Source of the DNA: Octopus bimaculoides
Taxonomy: Eukaryota
Direction: 5' to 3'
DNA: 42,912 nt
Assembly (NCBI RefSeq): GCF_001194135.2
Contig: NC_068987.1
Span: forward strand, 4,361,500 to 4,404,411
Positions 9,455 through 19,519 of this stretch are shown piece after piece. The notes below the pieces were generated by a model that was not told the origin of the DNA, did no database searches, and saw only the letters and a program-made list of their open reading frames with translations. The position numbers and the translations under genes are program-made. Within the stretch, counting starts at the first letter, position 1; every line of letters starts with the position of its first letter.

Positions 9455-9655
9455 GGCGATCTGGCAGAATCGTTTGCACACCGGGAGATGCTTAGCGGTA
9501 TTTCGTCTGTCGTTACGTTCTGAGTTCAAATTCCGCCGAGGTCGACTTTACCTTTCATCCTTCCGGGGTCGATTAAATAAATACCAGTTACGCACTGGTG
9601 TCCTTGTTTGTCCCCTCTATGTTTTGCCCCCTGTTGACAATGAAATAAATATTTA
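9455..9655 (+). mobile_element. SINE family A
   Basis: A-box TGGCAGAATCG, B-box GAGTTCAAATTCC and central GGTCGACTTTACCTTTCATCCTTCCGGGGTCGAT..AATAAATACCAG. Confidence 0.85.
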
Positions 9656-9750
9656 GACACACCCTATTTCACCAGCTCATTAGCGCATTAAAGCATTTAA
9701 TATGTGAAGGCATTTTGTCCGACGCGCTAAAAATTCAGCCAACTTATATA

Positions 9751-10140
9751 GGCGCTGGCGTGGCTGTGTGGTAAGAAGCTTGCTTCTCAGCCACATGGTT
9801 TCGGGTTCAGTCCCACTGCGTGGCACCTTGAGCAAGTGTCTCAGACCGACCAAAGTCTTGTGAGTGGATTTGATAGACGGAAACTGAAAGAAGCCCAACG
9901 TATATGTGTGTAAGTGTGTATGTGTGTGTGTGCGTGCTTGTGTATGTATTTGTCACCCACTACCGCTTGACAACCAGTATGGGTGTGTTTACGTTCGATA
10001 GATAGTCCGATAGAATAAGTACCCGACTCAACAAACAAACAAAATAGCCCTGAGGTCAATTCCTTCGACTAAAAATTCTCCAAGGCGGTTCCCTAGAATG
10101 GCTGCAGTCCAATGACTGAAACAAGCAAAAGATAAAAGAT
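9751..10140 (+). mobile_element. SINE family C, near full length
   Basis: GGCGCTGGCGTGGCTGTGTGGTAAGAAGC head, GGGTTCAGTCCC B-box, internal (TG)n and an AATGACTGAAACAAGCAAAAGATAAAAGAT tail. Confidence 0.85.
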
Positions 10141-10284
10141 CATCAAGATGTAAGTTGTAGTGGTGGCTGTCGTGGTTGGATTGGTACAAAACTCAGTGAA
10201 AAAAAAACTTTTATCCTATTTTAATAATGCAAAGAATATGGAGGAAGTGTGTATCTAAGTGGATTTCTTCTACAATATGGAGAT

Positions 10285-10400
10285 GTCCGTCCGTCTCTCC
10301 ATCTTCTCCAGCCACCATTTCTGTGAGGGTCACGGGAGTAGAATCCGCAGACCTTTCCTCCATAGGATCCTATGAGAAGTCACCTTTTAAAGTCTTTCCC
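10285..10400 (-). mobile_element. RTE-clade LINE 3' end, copy 2
   Basis: Minus strand GACTTCTCATAGGATCCTATGGAGGAAAGGTCTGCGGATTCTACTCCCGTGACCCTCACAGAAATGGTGG aligns with 5305-5395. Confidence 0.6.
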
Positions 10401-10758
10401 TATCCTCAATTATTAATGGTTGTTCCCTTCTGGGCTGACATCGGGGTCTGGGGGACACACCCTTTGTGCTCCCACCCCGTGCCTCCCAGAACATTCTGCA
10501 AGCTTACTGCTGGTTGTACTGGTATTGGATGGAAACTGCAATATATTTTTTCGGAAGGACCCCTCTACCTAAGTCCCGAATTTGTCCCCTGTTAACCGGC
10601 GCGACGGACGATGCGGTATTGTTGTTCTTTTGAACTCCTTTCATATTTTGCAGATTTTGGTGGTCTTATTTGCACCAGGCACCAAGTTGGTATTCGTACT
10701 TGACGTGCGAAAAACTAGGGAATACACAAGTACTAAAAACATACACCGTCGACCTAAG

Positions 10759-11010
10759 GTGGAGGCATGTGGTTTAGTGGTTAGAGGTGTTAGACGCCTG
10801 ATTGCAAGGTTGTTGTTTCGATTCCTGGACCAGGCGATGTGTTGTGTTCTTGAGCAAAACACTTCATTTCACGTTGCTCCAGTCCACTCAGCTGACAAAA
10901 ATGAGGAACCCTGTGACGGACCGGCGTTCGGTCCCGGGGAAAATATATGCACCACAGAAACTAGGAAACCGGCCCTTTGAGCCTATGTGACTCAGGATGG
11001 GACTTTTTAT
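10759..11010 (+). mobile_element. SINE family B (related 3' end variant)
   Basis: Same head and CORE (TTGAGCAAAACACTTCATTTCACGTTGCTCCAGTCCACTCAGCTG); diverged 3' part. Confidence 0.8.
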
Positions 11011-11141
11011 CCACTATCCTAACAACCTAACCCTAAACGAACCAGTGCGGGAGCAGAAGGGTAGCAACCGATGTCGTTGAATGCTCGAAATCAGGTGTAG
11101 ATAGACAACCGACAACTGATGAAGGGTCCTTTCTCTGTGTT

Positions 11142-11331
11142 TACTTGTCCTGTTTTCCATTTTCTCTCTCGTTGTTTGAGTACTTAACTCATTTGTTTAC
11201 GTATTTCATGTTGTTTACATATATGCTTATATGAGTACGGGGCGTCACCAACTGTGTAAACAACATCAAATATGTAAACAAATGAGTTAAGTACTCAAAC
11301 AACGAGAGAGAAAATGGAAAACCGGACAAGT
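11142..11331. repeat. Long inverted repeat (78/77-nt arms, 35-nt loop), possibly a foldback MITE
   Basis: 11142-11219 versus the reverse complement of 11255-11331 differ by about 3 substitutions and 1 indel; both ends carry TA. Confidence 0.9.
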
Positions 11332-11361
11332 ATACATATATATATGTATATATATATATAT

Positions 11362-11485
11362 TTTTCTCTCTCGTTGTTTGAGTACTTAACTCATTTGTTT
11401 ACGTATTTCATGTTGTTTACATATATGCTTATATGAGTACGGGGCGTCACCAACTGTGTAAACAACATCAAATATGTAAACAAAT
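11362..11485 (+). repeat. Exact direct duplicate of 11160-11283 abutting an assembly gap
   Basis: 124 bp identical by eye, ending at the N-run. Confidence 0.9.
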
Positions 11486-11984
11486 NNNNNNNNNNNNNNN
11501 NNNNNNNNNNNNNNNNNNNNNNNNNNNNNNNNNNNNNNNNNNNNNNNNNNNNNNNNNNNNNNNNNNNNNNNNNNNNNNNNNNNNNNNNNNNNNNNNNNNN
11601 NNNNNNNNNNNNNNNNNNNNNNNNNNNNNNNNNNNNNNNNNNNNNNNNNNNNNNNNNNNNNNNNNNNNNNNNNNNNNNNNNNNNNNNNNNNNNNNNNNNN
11701 NNNNNNNNNNNNNNNNNNNNNNNNNNNNNNNNNNNNNNNNNNNNNNNNNNNNNNNNNNNNNNNNNNNNNNNNNNNNNNNNNNNNNNNNNNNNNNNNNNNN
11801 NNNNNNNNNNNNNNNNNNNNNNNNNNNNNNNNNNNNNNNNNNNNNNNNNNNNNNNNNNNNNNNNNNNNNNNNNNNNNNNNNNNNNNNNNNNNNNNNNNNN
11901 NNNNNNNNNNNNNNNNNNNNNNNNNNNNNNNNNNNNNNNNNNNNNNNNNNNNNNNNNNNNNNNNNNNNNNNNNNNNNNNNNNNN

Positions 11985-12066
11985 AATACGTCCTGGGGTC
12001 GATTTGTTCGACTAAAAGTGGTGCTCCAGCACGGCCGCAGTCAAATGACTGAAACAAACATAAGAA
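11985..12066 (+). mobile_element. SINE family C 3' end
   Basis: GTCCTGGGGTCGATTTGTTCGACTAAA..GGTGCTCCAGCACGGCCGCAGTCAAATGACTGAAACA. Confidence 0.8.
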
Positions 12067-12069
12067 TAT

Positions 12070-12148
12070 ATAGGATGGGCTTCTTTCAGTTTCCGCTTTG
12101 GTCGACCCGAGGCTATAGCAGAAGACACTTGCCCAAGGTGCCACGCAA
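12070..12148 (-). mobile_element. SINE family C 5' fragment in opposite orientation
   Basis: GGGCTTCTTTCAGTTTCCG...GGTCGACCCGAGGCTATAGCAGAAGACACTTGCCCAAGGTGCCACGCA. Confidence 0.75.
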
Positions 12149-12252
12149 TAATTTACGAATGTCCATAGGTCCGCCGTACTCAGGGGCACCAACTCACGAT
12201 AGCTAACCGTTTTTTTTTCTTTTCTTTTATCACACTATCATACCACTGACTT

Positions 12253-12519
12253 GTGGAGGCGCGTGGCTAAGTGGTTAGGGTGTCAGCACCATGATCGAAA
12301 GATTGTGGTTTCGACTCCTGGACCGGGCGACGCGTTGTGTTGTTGAGCAAAACACTTCATTTCACGTTGCTCCAGTCCACTCAGCTGGCAAATATGAGTA
12401 ACGCTGCGATGGACTGGCGTCCTGTCCAGCTGGGGAACACAAACGCCATGGAAACCGGGAAGCCGGGCCCATGAGCCTGGCTAGGCTTTAAAAGGGCGCA
12501 TTTAAATTATATTTAAATT
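12253..12519 (+). mobile_element. Full-length young SINE family B (CORE-like) with 13-bp TSD
   Basis: TSD ATACCACTGACTT at 12240-12252 and 12520-12532; A/B boxes; short TTTAAATTA tandem tail. Confidence 0.95.
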
Positions 12520-12581
12520 ATACCACTGACTTATGGTATGGACACATTGGATAGCTACTTGGAGGCCCCACGAGTCAATTC

Positions 12582-12930
12582 TGTGGCTTGTTATCAATAA
12601 ATAAATATAATAGGGCCCAGTTATTAATTTACCCAGGGGTCCGCACGGGTCTGGGGCCTTAGTTCTGATCTCTGTATGCTGCAATTTGCTATCAATAAAT
12701 AAATACAACAGGGCTCAGTTCATAAATTTACTAAGGGTCTCACGGGTCTGGCAGTCCAATGCTAATTTATGTATGCTGCGGCTTGCTGTCAACGAATAGG
12801 GCCCAGCGCAATAATTTTCCCCGGGGGTCTCATAGGTCTGCGGGTCCATTTCTGATCTATGCCGCTTGCTGTCAATAAATAAATATGGGGCTTAATGCAT
12901 TGATTTGCCCAAGACGGCCCCGCAAGGTGC
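12582..12930. repeat. Diverged minisatellite, about 98-bp unit, 3.5 copies
   Basis: Units start near 12582, 12680, 12777 and 12862 and share GCTTGCT(A/G)TCAATAAATAAATA..AGGGCCCAG..GGGTCT..GGTCTG. Confidence 0.75.
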
Positions 12931-13259
12931 CTCAACTTTTGCAACACTTTGGGGGATATCCATAGGTTTACTGTACTCAGGTCCTTCGAAACCATCTGCT
13001 CACAATGACAAAACAGTTATGTCTGCCACAGAATCCTAATTATTTTCATATGCAACAGCTATGGTATCTCCTCTCCATGTCTTGAGTGAAAGTAGAACCA
13101 GGAAGAGACATCTTCACAGTTTCATTGTTTTTCCTTTCATGTATTTGCTTTTTCTGTTATTATTTTTTTTTAGAAGGACGCAGATATGTTCAAGAATAAG
13201 AAAAAATGCAAAAACAAAAGGAAAACAATCATAAAATTCAACAAAAACCGGGGGGGAAA

Positions 13260-13800
13260 TGCCATCGCATCGCTGAAAAAAATAAGAATTGCGTTGAGAG
13301 AGGAGCAATCGCGCGCATGCGCTGTGGAGTCAGAATCGACAGCAACTTCGTTCTATCGCGTACCGTGTTTTCGCTTTGTTGGTCAGGGGGACTGCGCTCT
13401 ATTTCTCTACGACAACTACTACTACTACCACCGCCACCACTATCATCATTATAAGCAGCAGTAGCAGTAGTAGTAAGACAGCTACTATAAAGCTCCGTCA
13501 TCACTACTGCTTCGTGTTCGACAACTACCACTACCACCACAACCACCACCACCACAATTACTACTAGCGCCGCCATCACAACACTAAGCGTTGGTTGGAT
13601 CTGCTCTTAGCTTTTTGTGGAAGCTGCCTACGACAACCACTGTCATACACACACAGTCAGATAGTCACGCGCACACACACACGGTCGCACGCACGCACAC
13701 GCGCACGCACTCACACACACGCAATTTTCACTTTCCTAAGCCAGCCAGTGAAGCTTTCACATCGGTAGTCAACTAATTCTGCTTCGTTTTTCCCTTCTCT
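13260..13800. promoter_or_regulatory. CpG-rich, promoter-like island
   Basis: Unique CpG-dense sequence with a perfect GCGCATGCGC (NRF1/Ewg-type palindrome, 13313-13322), GCCGCCAT (YY1-like core) near 13570 and an alternating CA/CG tract at 13665-13722. Confidence 0.35.
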
Positions 13801-13840
13801 CCTCTTTAACTACTGCTGCTGTTGTATACAGACACATATC

Positions 13841-13878
<38 letters not shown>

Positions 13879-14520
13879 CACACACGTACACTTATACACA
13901 CCTATTCATACATATATATATATTTACACATTTATATTATATAGTACTGTGTATCTGTCTATTCGTCATTCGCTCTCTCATTTTTCATACACACACACAC
14001 ACCTGACGACTGTTTAGCGAACAGATATTCACACAACACATATATATAATAATATAATATATAACAGTTTTTTTTTTCAAAACCGGCAAATATCTGCAAA
14101 TAGCAGAAAAAAAATAATATATTTTCCTTATATTCCTCAAAGTCGGAGATTTTGTCTTTAAAACAGGAGGTAAGTTTCAAGCACTCTTTATTATAAATGA
14201 TTATTAAAGCATTATCATTATTGTTAAGAAAGCATTATTATGTTAATAATTTAACAAGCGTTATTATTGGCCTTGTGCTATTATTGTTAATATTATTATA
14301 ATTGGTTTTGTTTTGGGGGTCAGTTTGTTGTTGTTTTTGTTTGAGAGGGTGTTGCATACTCTTATTTGTATAATTCCAACTGGTGTTGCTGTCACAGACA
14401 TTCTTCCAAAATCGCGTCATTCATTATTTCGGTGGCATCATAGAGAAAGGATTATTGCTGGAATTTTTCAAATCTCATACGTTGAGAAAAAGGGCTATTA
14501 ACAACATTCCATGTTTCTGC

Positions 14521-14525
<5 letters not shown>

Positions 14526-14567
<42 letters not shown>
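14526..14567 (+). repeat. Poly(A) tract of about 42 nt
   Basis: Directly visible. Confidence 0.95.
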
Positions 14568-14569
<2 letters not shown>

Positions 14570-15179
14570 ACCCCTTCCTCATAAAAATTCAATGAAATTA
14601 TTCCCTGATTTTGGTTTTCCCCATTCTTGGGACTGCTTTCGTTCCAATTCCTTGGCTTCTCTCAAAATGAATGAATGACTTAATTTTTTTTATTAATCCA
14701 CGGTTTTTTGCAATAATCTTTTTTTTCTTTCTCTATTTTTCTCTTTCATTCTCTATCCCCCCTCCCACCCATTTTTTTTTTTTTTTCAATTTCGAAATCT
14801 AACATTACAAGAATTTCGTTCCCACCAAAATTATATACATCGAAGCCTTCTGGTTTCTTTGCTTCTTTCACACACAAATATATTTTACAATTTTTCCTTT
14901 AGCACATCTTTCCCCTCTCTTTCTCTCTCCTAATTCCCTTTTGTCCCCTTAAATTAAATTCTTTACAATGTCTTACTTTGCCCTACGTTTTCTTTCTCCC
15001 ATCGTCGCTTTCGGTAATTTTTCTTCCCCCCCCCCACTATTTTCGGTGATTCCATCACTGGTGCCTTTATTCTATATTCTTCCCTTTCGTCTATTTTTCT
15101 CTGTATTGTAACCAGTATGGTTGATGTAAAGCTGTTAGATTCAAAGCCAGGAAAGAAAAATACGAGGGGGTAGGAAGAG

Positions 15180-15540
15180 CCATTTGATAGATTTAGATAT
15201 CGAGAAATGGCGACAGATAGAGATGCAAAAAGATGCAAAGATACATACACACAGATAGCTAGAGAGTCAGATAAATTGACTGTAATATAGATGGATAGGT
15301 GGACGGATGGATAGACGGACAAATGCAGAGCTAACTAGATGACAGAGATGGATAGAGAGCAACATAGATAGATAGACTGCGAGTAAGGTAGAGAGATGGA
15401 TAGATAGAAAGCAAGACAGAGAGGGATAGAATGATAGACAGATAGATAGACATAGATAGATAGATAGATAGAGATTGTCAGAGAATTAGATTGTCAAATT
15501 GATAGATCGATAGACAGATAGATTTGAGGTGATAGATGGA
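15180..15540. repeat. Degenerate (GATA/GACA)n low-complexity region
   Basis: Directly visible tetranucleotide repeats. Confidence 0.85.
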
Positions 15541-15853
15541 GAAATGATTGGCTGGTCTTTAATGCAAGAGTCGATAAAGAAAACGAAGCGAACAGAGATC
15601 GATACATAACGACTGAATTTATAGGATGAAGAGAAGACGGAGGGCGGGGAGAGGGCATAAAACAGCGCAAACTCCGAAAAGGAAAGCGATTACAAGAACA
15701 GCAGGTGCCCATTGGGGAGAGAGAGAGAGAGAGATTGTGTGATAATATAACTGGGTCGCTCACCAATCTGAAATGAGGGGGGGGGGAACTAAAGCTGCAT
15801 CTTCTACATTCGTTTCATTTCCACTTTGCTGGTTCTACATATCTGACATTTAC

Positions 15854-15963
15854 CTGGGGGTCGGAGGGTTGGGACATGCGGTGGAGGTGTTGGAGATGAG
15901 GGTGGGGATGAGGGGAGTGGTGGTGACGGTTACCGGAATAGTTTGTACAGGGTGACCCTTCAT
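15854..15963 (-). CDS. Weak candidate first coding exon, Pro/Thr-rich
   Basis: A-rich context AAAAAAATG; frame MKGHPVQTIPVTVTTTPLIPTLISNTSTACPNPPTP, then donor CAG|GTAAAT (phase 2). Could equally be C-rich low-complexity DNA. Confidence 0.2.
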
Positions 15964-16162
15964 TTTTTTTTTTTACTGCATCAACACCATCTCCCTACAC
16001 ACACACACACACATTCATAAATACACATATATGTTATGCATTTATATAGACATACGTGTGTGTGTGTGTGAGTGTGTTGGATCCTGGATCCAGTTCCGTT
16101 AGGATATCTTAAAAACGGTTGCAATTTTTACATATATTTATTTGTTCATTCACTCCTTTTAG

Positions 16163-16375
16163 TTACTACTACTACTACTACTTCTACTACTACTTCTACT
16201 ACTACTTCTACTACTACTTCTACTACTACTACTACTTCTACTACTACTACAGAACGAATGTCGTGATTACGATGACAACCGCCACTACGATCACTACTAC
16301 AACATTCATCACCGTCATCATCACCGTCATCACCATCGTCATCACCATCGTCATCATCATCACCATCGCAACTAA
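16163..16375. repeat. (CTA/CTT)n and (CAT/CAC)n triplet repeats
   Basis: Directly visible. Confidence 0.9.
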
Positions 16376-16435
16376 ACGTATTCTCGTGTCTTGCCGGACA
16401 TTGGTGGTGGTGGTTGATGGACGTGTTGGTGTTGC

Positions 16436-16610
16436 TGGTGTTGAGCTTCAGGTCAACATGAATTCAGTGAACCTATGATCAAAAATATATTCCAGTCGTG
16501 ACCATCACGCAGTTTTAAGGGTACCGGATGCGTCCGTCTTTTTATAAAGACAGCAGAATGAAATCTGCTGGATTTAGCTGCTTTTACTAGCATCTCGTCG
16601 AGCGACTGCG
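16436..16610 (-). mobile_element. Family D retroposon
   Basis: CAGGTCA...GAACCTATGATCAAA..ATTCCAGTCGTGACCATC...GGATTTAGCTGCTTTTACTAGCA is the reverse of the 32958 copy. Confidence 0.55.
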
Positions 16611-16634
16611 AAGATGCTCCCATTGTGTGTCGAT

Positions 16635-16840
16635 CAGTGATTCTCAGCATTTTTTAATATCTGGACCAGATCCAAAACCTGAATTTATTTTTTTTTTTAG
16701 GGGGCCGCACCGGGAAAAGGGAAACGCAAGTCAATGAAAGAGAAATTAATTATATTTAGAGAAGGTAAACTGTCGAGGGCCGCCGGAAGGATCCTTGAGG
16801 GCCACACTGCACCCCTGGGAGCTGCGGTTGAAAACCGCTG
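16635..16840. mobile_element. hAT-type MITE, about 205 bp
   Basis: TIRs CAGTGATTCTCAGC / GGTTGAAAACCGCTG; imperfect 8-bp TSD GTGTCGAT / GTCTTAAT. Confidence 0.7.
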
Positions 16841-17381
16841 GTCTTAATAGATTGAGACCCAGGGAGACAGACAGACAGACAGACAGACTGGTAGACTGGT
16901 AGATAGATAGATAGACAGACAGACTGATAGACTGGTAGATAGATAGACAGACAGACAGATAGAGAGAGACTTAGCGAACACGTTCACACGATCGACACCA
17001 CAGTCTCATACGACATTGTTTGACATACGACACACACACACACAGAATATACCATTATATCGAACCACTGAGAGGATCCATTTACAATCCATACCTGCAC
17101 AGATATTATTATTATTATTACTATTATTATTATCATTATTATTATGCAGCCTTTCTCGACGTTTTTCTGTTCAGCATGCAAACACCAAACCTCTTCGTTT
17201 CGCACGGAACCATTCACACGCAGCCACACAAGATGATCAACACATGCAAGAATACGCATTCCGAAGTCACATGCTCGACTCCCTCCCTCCCCCTCTCTCT
17301 CTTTCTTTTACACAAACGACACTCACTCATAAATGCATGTTCAAGAGCCTCTCTGTGTGTGTATATATATATATATATATC

Positions 17382-17417
<36 letters not shown>

Positions 17418-17759
17418 CATGTATTTATGTATGTATATATATACATGTATCTTGTATGTTTATAAGATCATTGTTTGACTATATACACACACACGAAATC
17501 CTGTGTATATATTTGTGTGTGGGGGGGTGTTTCCATGTTGGATCTTGTGAGTTTTACCTGTTTTATGTTCAATGTTCCACACATATATATATATACACGG
17601 ACCAGACTACCGGATGTTGTCACGCACTGCTGGTCACAATGCGCTTCCTCGAGTTGTTGTGGCTTTCGTATGATGCCATCCCAGTGACGAAGCGGGACGG
17701 GCCAACGTTGCCCGTTAGTATAACGTCAATCCGTTTCTTCATTTACAACGGAGTGGAGT

Positions 17760-17843
17760 GGAGTGTTTTGCTTAAGAACACAGTGCATCACCAATTTGGG
17801 AATCGAAACCACGGTCTGGCGATCTTAATCGCTGAGCTACACG

Positions 17844-17845
<2 letters not shown>
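17760..17845 (-). mobile_element. SINE family B head, degenerate
   Basis: GTGTTTTGCTTAAGAACACA...GGGAATCGAAACCAC...ACACGCCT. Confidence 0.5.

Positions 17846-17932
<87 letters not shown>
17846..17932. repeat. (CT)n microsatellite
   Basis: Pure tract of about 43 units. Confidence 0.95.
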
Positions 17933-17936
<4 letters not shown>

Positions 17937-18003
17937 GTATGTGTATGTATATATTTGATGTTTCTGTATCTGTAAATGCATGTGTATGTGTGTGTATATA
18001 TAT

Positions 18004-18163
18004 CAGGGGCGGACTGAGAGTATTAAGGGCCATCGGGCATAAGACTGTTTACCGGGCCCCGTTGAATGTATGTTTTAGTAGAGTTAACATGTAGAGTGCG
18101 GGCCCCTCAGAGCTCCGGGCCCTCGGGCAGTGCCCGATTGACCGACGCCTCAGTCCGCCGCTT
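18004..18163. mobile_element. hAT-type MITE, 160 bp, GGGCCC-rich
   Basis: TIRs CAGGGGCGGACTGAG / CTCAGTCCGCCGCTT; 8-bp TSD ATATATAT on both sides (low complexity). Confidence 0.8.
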
Positions 18164-18542
18164 ATATATATTTATATACGTACATACACGTATGTGTGTA
18201 TTTAGTTCGCTTTTGCGATATTTATTCTAGTTCACTTGGCTCTGAGTTCGATTCTCGCCGAGGGTGGCGTTACTCTTCATACTTTCGGGGTCGATGAAGG
18301 GCAAAACAAATGCTAGGTTAGAATTTTCTCATTTTCTTTTTTTAAGGATTCTTTCATCTTGTTTCTTTCCTTCTGAGAGAAACCCTCTCAAGTCCTTACA
18401 TGCACATGGATGTCACTCATGTATTATGCAACATGGACCTACTTGTATCCAAATTCATACAAACACAGATGCATTGTGTGTATGTTATTATTATTTTTAT
18501 TATTATCATTATTATTATTATTATTATCATCATTATGTTATA

Positions 18543-18757
18543 AGGCGGCGAGCTGGCAGAATCGTTAGCGCGCTGGACGAAATGCTTAGCGGTATTTTGT
18601 GCACCTTTATGTTCTGAGTTCAAATTCCGCCGAGGTCGACTTTGTCTTTCATCCTTTCGGGGGGCGTCGATGAAATAAGTACCAGTTACGTACTGGGTCG
18701 ATATAATCTACTAACCCCCTTCTCCCAAATGCCTTATACCTATAGTAGAAATAATTG
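18543..18757 (+). mobile_element. SINE family A (1st of tandem trio)
   Basis: Full head, central domain and TAGTAGAAA tail; preceded by (TAT)n. Confidence 0.9.
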
Positions 18758-18780
18758 TTGTCATTACGTTACCCAAAAAA

Positions 18781-18996
18781 GGGCGAGCTGGCAGAAACGT
18801 TAGCATGCCGGACAAAAGGCTTAGCGGTATTTCGTCCGTCTTTACGTTCTGAATTCAAATTCCGCCGAGGTTGACTTTGCCTTTCATCCTTTCGGGGTCG
18901 ATAAGTTAAGTACCAGTTGAACACTGGAATTGAGGTTATCGTTTATCCCCCACCCCTAAAAATGAGTGGCCCTTGCTAAAATTTGAACCAATATTA
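18781..18996 (+). mobile_element. SINE family A (2nd of tandem trio)
   Basis: GGCGAGCTGGCAGAAACGTTAGC...GGGGTCGATAAGTTAAGTACCAG...AAATTTGAACCAATATT. Confidence 0.9.
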
Positions 18997-18998
18997 TT

Positions 18999-19210
18999 GA
19001 CCTGAAAGAATTGTTAGCATGCCGGACAAAATGCTTAGTGGCATTTCGTCCGTCTTTACGCTCTGAGTTCAAATCCCGCCGAAGATGACTTTGATTTTCA
19101 TCCTTTGGGGGGTTAGTAAAATAAGAGCCTGTTGAGGTTTGGGGTCAATGTAATGTACTGACCCTTCACCCCAAATTTTAGGCCTTTTAACCTATAGTAG
19201 AAGCAGTTAT
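18999..19210 (+). mobile_element. SINE family A (3rd of tandem trio)
   Basis: GAATTGTTAGCATGCCGGACAAAATGCTTAG...GAGTTCAAATCCCGCCG...CCTATAGTAGAAG. Confidence 0.85.
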
Positions 19211-19314
19211 GCGTGCGTATATGTGTGTGTGTTTGTGTATTAAATATATTTACATATATGTGTATATATATATTTAAATTTTACTGGTTTCAGCCGGAGG
19301 CTGAGCTCATGTGT

Positions 19315-19480
19315 AGATGATAGATAGATAGATAGATTTGAATAGATAGATAGATTTAGATAGATTTGAATAGATAGATAGATTTAGATAGATTTGAATA
19401 GATAGATAGATTTAGATAGGTATATAAATAGATAGATATAAATAGTTAGATATAGATAGATGGATATAGATACATAGATA
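19315..19480. repeat. (GATA)n containing three copies of a 28-bp higher-order unit
   Basis: GATAGATTTGAATAGATAGATAGATTTA repeated from 19331, 19359 and 19387. Confidence 0.9.
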
Positions 19481-19519
19481 TAAGCAACAGACGTGACTGT
19501 TGTAATGCCATCCACTGTG

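Noticed and set aside
11085-11135. Complete hammerhead ribozyme around CTGATGA at about 11116
   Set aside because: No downstream GAAA closing stem II. Using the upstream GAAA (type II topology) gives no stem I. At best a half motif.
12582-12930. CRISPR-like repeat-spacer array
   Set aside because: Whole units are homologous (no unique spacers), the context is eukaryotic and there are no cas genes.
14238-14595. Three overlapping short ORFs near 14.3-14.6 kb as exons
   Set aside because: No recognisable domain, no coherent acceptor/donor pair, and partly low complexity.
15846-15860. U1 snRNA 5' end (ATTTACCTGG)
   Set aside because: Similarity stops after about 9 nt; it is simply the complement of a splice-donor-like sequence.
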